This document shows, piece by piece, positions 60,440-64,000 of a DNA stretch of 64,000 nucleotides. Position numbers and translations under genes: made by a program. This DNA comes from the human T2T-CHM13v2.0 reference genome, Homo sapiens. The first letter of the stretch is position 1; each line of letters begins with the position of its first letter. The stretch lies in NCBI RefSeq assembly GCF_009914755.1, contig NC_060947.1; one strand, 5' to 3'. The notes under the pieces were generated by a model that was not told the origin of the DNA, did no database searches, and saw only the letters and a list, made by a program, of their open reading frames with translations.

Positions 60440-61050
60440 GTTGGAAACTAGCCTTAACCATGTGGTTGTAAAAGAAAATCCTTGGCAGGTAAGGAAATGG
60501 AGACTCAGTGAGGTGAATCCAAGGTGACTCATTTAATAAGTGTCAGAGTCAGGATTCTACCTGAGTTCTACATTCTAGACTTGTTATTTTTCTTCTTCCC
60601 TACACCACTGCCAGAGGATATTTATATGGTTTGTACTAAAAAAGTCATCATCTGTGAATTAATTAATGCATCTACTAAACAGGTATTGAAGAGCTCTTTG
60701 TATAATGCTGAGCACTGTGGATAAGATGAAGAAGACATGGTTTTCCTGAGGTTTGGAGAAACCACCTTCCAGCAGGGACTAAACTACAACACCTGGTAAT
60801 ATCATAAAGTGCTATGAGGACAGAGCCTTTAATTCTGCCTGTGGAGTCTGGGAGGCTTCACAGAGGGGGCAGCATTTAAAATCAAACTTGAAAAATAAAT
60901 AGGAGTTTGTGGTGAAATGGTCTTTGCCATTTAACTATCTGGCATGACCCCAGGAAAACCAATTTAATTTTCTGATACTTAGTTCCCTGTCTGTCTCAAG
61001 ATTGTTATGAAGATGAAATGAGATTTGAAAAACACTTTGAAAACCTGCAG
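60440..61050. mobile_element. Cluster of MIR (-), L2 (-) and MIR (+) fragments
   Basis: aaggaaatggagactcagtgaggtgaa; ctgggaggcttcacagagg; ctcaagattgttatgaagatgaaatgaga. Confidence 0.6.
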
Positions 61051-61638
61051 ATGACATTATAAGAAGTAGTTTCAAGAACTATGGATCCTAAGGATAAGAG
61101 ATGAGGCCTGGTCCATTAAAAAAACAGGATGCATGCACTATTTCTAGAAAAAAAAAAAAAAAACAAGCTTTGATGCTATTGTTTGAAAAATCCATAGTCC
61201 TTACTGCAGCTGATATGGGTAGTTATCACTTTTCTATAACACACAGATAAGCCTCTAAGCAAGACTCAGGTAATTCCTAGGAAAACTGCCTGCCAATCAG
61301 GGATGGAAATCCATACTAGCATAGAGTAGTAAACGGCATGCCTTACAAATGGTCTTGGGCATCAGCTACTGGGAAGGGCTGTGCTTGGGATCTAACTCAC
61401 AAAATATACATTTTTCAGGATAAATTCAGATCTACCATTTTATCTTCTTTTTTATCACTCAGGATAATTGATAGGAAAAAAGGTGCAGAAATATGTCCCC
61501 GGGCCACATGAGGCAAGGATGTCACGGTGAAGAGAATGTCTTAATAATAAAAAAATGCAAAGATGGGGGGAGCTAAAGCAGGCTGTTTTGCAGTCTCCAG
61601 ATAATGGCGAATAATGATTTAAAACTTTGTCTTAGTTC

Positions 61639-62084
61639 TGTATTAGTCTGTTTCTGTTGCTATAAGGAAATGCCTGAGGCTGGGCAATTTATAAGTAAAA
61701 GAGGTTTATTTGGCTCACAGTTCTGAAGGTTGTACAAGAAGCATGGCACCAGTATCTGCATCTGATGAGGGGCTTAAGTTGCTTCCACTCATGATGGAAG
61801 GCAAAGGGGAGGTGGCATGTGGAGATCACATAGCAGGGAGAGATGGAGATGGGGAGAGGGAGAGACAGAGAGAGGGAGAGAGAGAGAGATGCCAGGCTCT
61901 TTTCAACAACTGGTTCTCACAGGAACTAAGAGTGAGAACTCACTCCTCTGAGGGAATGGCACCAAGCCGTTCATGAGGGATCTGTTCCTAGGATCCAAAT
62001 ACCTCCCACCAGGCTCTACCAGCAACACTGGGGATCAAATTTCAACGTGAGACTTGGCAGGGCCAAACTATCCAAACCATGGCA
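61639..62084 (-). mobile_element. MaLR solo LTR (MSTB-like)
   Basis: tgtattagtctgtttctgttgctataaggaa...atccaaaccatggca. Confidence 0.9.
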
Positions 62085-62289
62085 CTAATTTTTCATAAAT
62101 TATGAGCAGTGTCTAAACCCATCCTTTTCATGTTTGATGGATCAAATAGTAAAGGAATACACTGTATCACGGGTGTGTGTGTGTGTGTGTTCATGTAGTT
62201 ATAGCCTAACACCATCTGTCTTTCTTCCAGGGTACTTCTTTTTGTGTATATGCTCTGTATAATGTTAGCTTACACATGATGAGCTACTA

Positions 62290-62490
62290 GTCCTGAATCA
62301 GTTAGCTACTGCCACATAACAAACCACTCTAAAGCTAAGTTGTTTAAAACAACCTCCATTTGTTGAACCGTGAGGAGACTCAGGTAGACTCCTCATGAGT
62401 CTACAGGTCTGTTGAATGGTTTTTCTGAACTATGCTGGGCTGTCTGGGATTTATATTTCTGTGGTCAGCTGTGTATCATCTAGGACAAAG
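62290..62490 (-). mobile_element. MLT1 LTR fragment
   Basis: agttagctactgccacataacaaaccactctaaa...tttaaaacaac. Confidence 0.65.
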
Positions 62491-63869
62491 CTGAGGTTAC
62501 TTTGATGTCCAGAGGGGAGATTAACAGAGATATAGTTCTGTGGAGTAATCATCTGGGCTAAGGTTATATCTTCTCCATTACAGGGAGGTTAAATTTCTTA
62601 TTAAAAGGAGTTGTAAAAGCAGGCATTATCTTAGTTTACATAGCCCATGCAGTGAACTAGATCATACTTTATGTGGACTGCTTTGTGAAGCTTCAGGAAG
62701 CCCCTTTTAGGTTCATCATTACTTTATTTATTTATTAATTTTGGTCTACCATAAAAGACAGTGCCTTTGAAACAGCTCCACAACTTAAGTGATTATCAAT
62801 CATCAATTCTTCATGGTATGACCACTCTGGAAACTTGGTGGGGAACGAGGGGGGCACTGAAAGGTTAAGAAGGCACAAGACAGGAAGGTAAAGATGAAAT
62901 TCAATCTGATTTCACAGTTTGGCCCTAAGGAATACCCTTAATAGACCCAACGACCTCTTATCAGCCTCAGTTTAGTCTTGTTTTGAAATTAAAGTTAAGA
63001 GGGTAGTTAGGACGTTTAATGAGACAGATTGGATGGATGTGATGGAGACTGGTGGAGAAAGATAGAAGAATCCTAGAGGAAAGCAGAGGCTGGCTAATGC
63101 CACAACTAGAGCACTAAGCTTGGGAACATTTAAAATTCTATTTCCTTTCTCCTCTTTTAAAAGAAAATTGTATGTTTAATAGGATATGTGTTAGTATTAT
63201 ACAAAAAAGGAAATAGCTGCTTCTTATAACTGCCTACCAAACCCCTCTAGTTATAATTTGGTTTCATAATTATATTAAATCAGGTTGTAATCCCTTAAAA
63301 CTCAGCACCCTTTACCTGCTAATAGTGCAATCAGTCTAAATGCCATTTATAGTTAGTCTAGAGCTGAAAACAATATTTAAAACCAATTTTCAGTCTCAAT
63401 TCATGAAAAAAACCCCCATCACTCTATCTTATTTATAATAAACTCATTCGAGTAGATCCAGTCACAATATAAACAACTGATGGAAAATCCCTAGGAGGTT
63501 TTGGCTCATACATTCTGAGCAGACATGCTCTGGAAAACACAGACATTCTCAGAAAACTGCAGTCTGCTGAAAATGCCAGGAGAGTTCAGGAGACTGGACT
63601 CTTCATTAGGCCTTGGCATGTTTCATTGTTTTTGCATAGGGAATGGTGTCAACACTTCTTATCTGAACATCTGTATGTCCAACTCTTTTTTTCTAATCCT
63701 GTTTCAAATGGACAAGATCTTAGGACACAAGAGAAGATGTGTGCTTGGGACAAAGGTATGTGGATGCTACAACGTGATCCAGATTTTCACCCATGACAGC
63801 CGACTCTTGGTGGGTTGAAAAAGGTGGTAAGGCAGTTTCCATGGAGGTCAGGCAGCATGTGAATGACAG

Positions 63870-64000
63870 CTCGATGTGATAGAGTAGTGAAAGTACAGAG
63901 GCTTTGGAGCTAGGTAGACATGCCTGAATTTTGACTCTACTATTACAAGCTGTGTTACCTAAGCAAACTTTGTAATCGTTCTGAGCTTCAGTTCCTTCAT
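63870..64000 (+). mobile_element. MIR (runs off window end)
   Basis: ggctttggagctaggtagac...gctgtgttacc...ctgagcttcagttccttcat. Confidence 0.82.

Overview
Primate (human-like) non-coding genomic DNA. It is AT-rich, CpG-depleted outside Alus, and has no CpG island. I found no supportable protein-coding exon, RNA gene or CRISPR array. The ORF track is explained by Alu/L1/LTR sequence, microsatellites or chance. Much of the window is interspersed repeat: about 18 near-complete Alus plus two Alu fragments, a decayed near-full-length L1MC/MD, L1PB/L1PA/L1MA/L1ME fragments, L2, MIR, MaLR/ERVL solo LTRs, an HERV-H LTR7C-like solo LTR, and hAT/Tigger MITEs. Subfamily names come from my recall of consensus sequences and are not database-verified. 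I do not see a new biological system. The notable signals are mutational footprints: a ~200-bp inverted local duplication (21.1 kb vs 27.2 kb, possibly circularly permuted), a 60-bp unique direct repeat, a 34-bp templated L1 insertion next to a microduplication, a twin-primed L1, a tail-less AluY, and a ~95-bp tandem duplication with an AluY at its junction. Several repeat-free blocks look like candidate enhancers.
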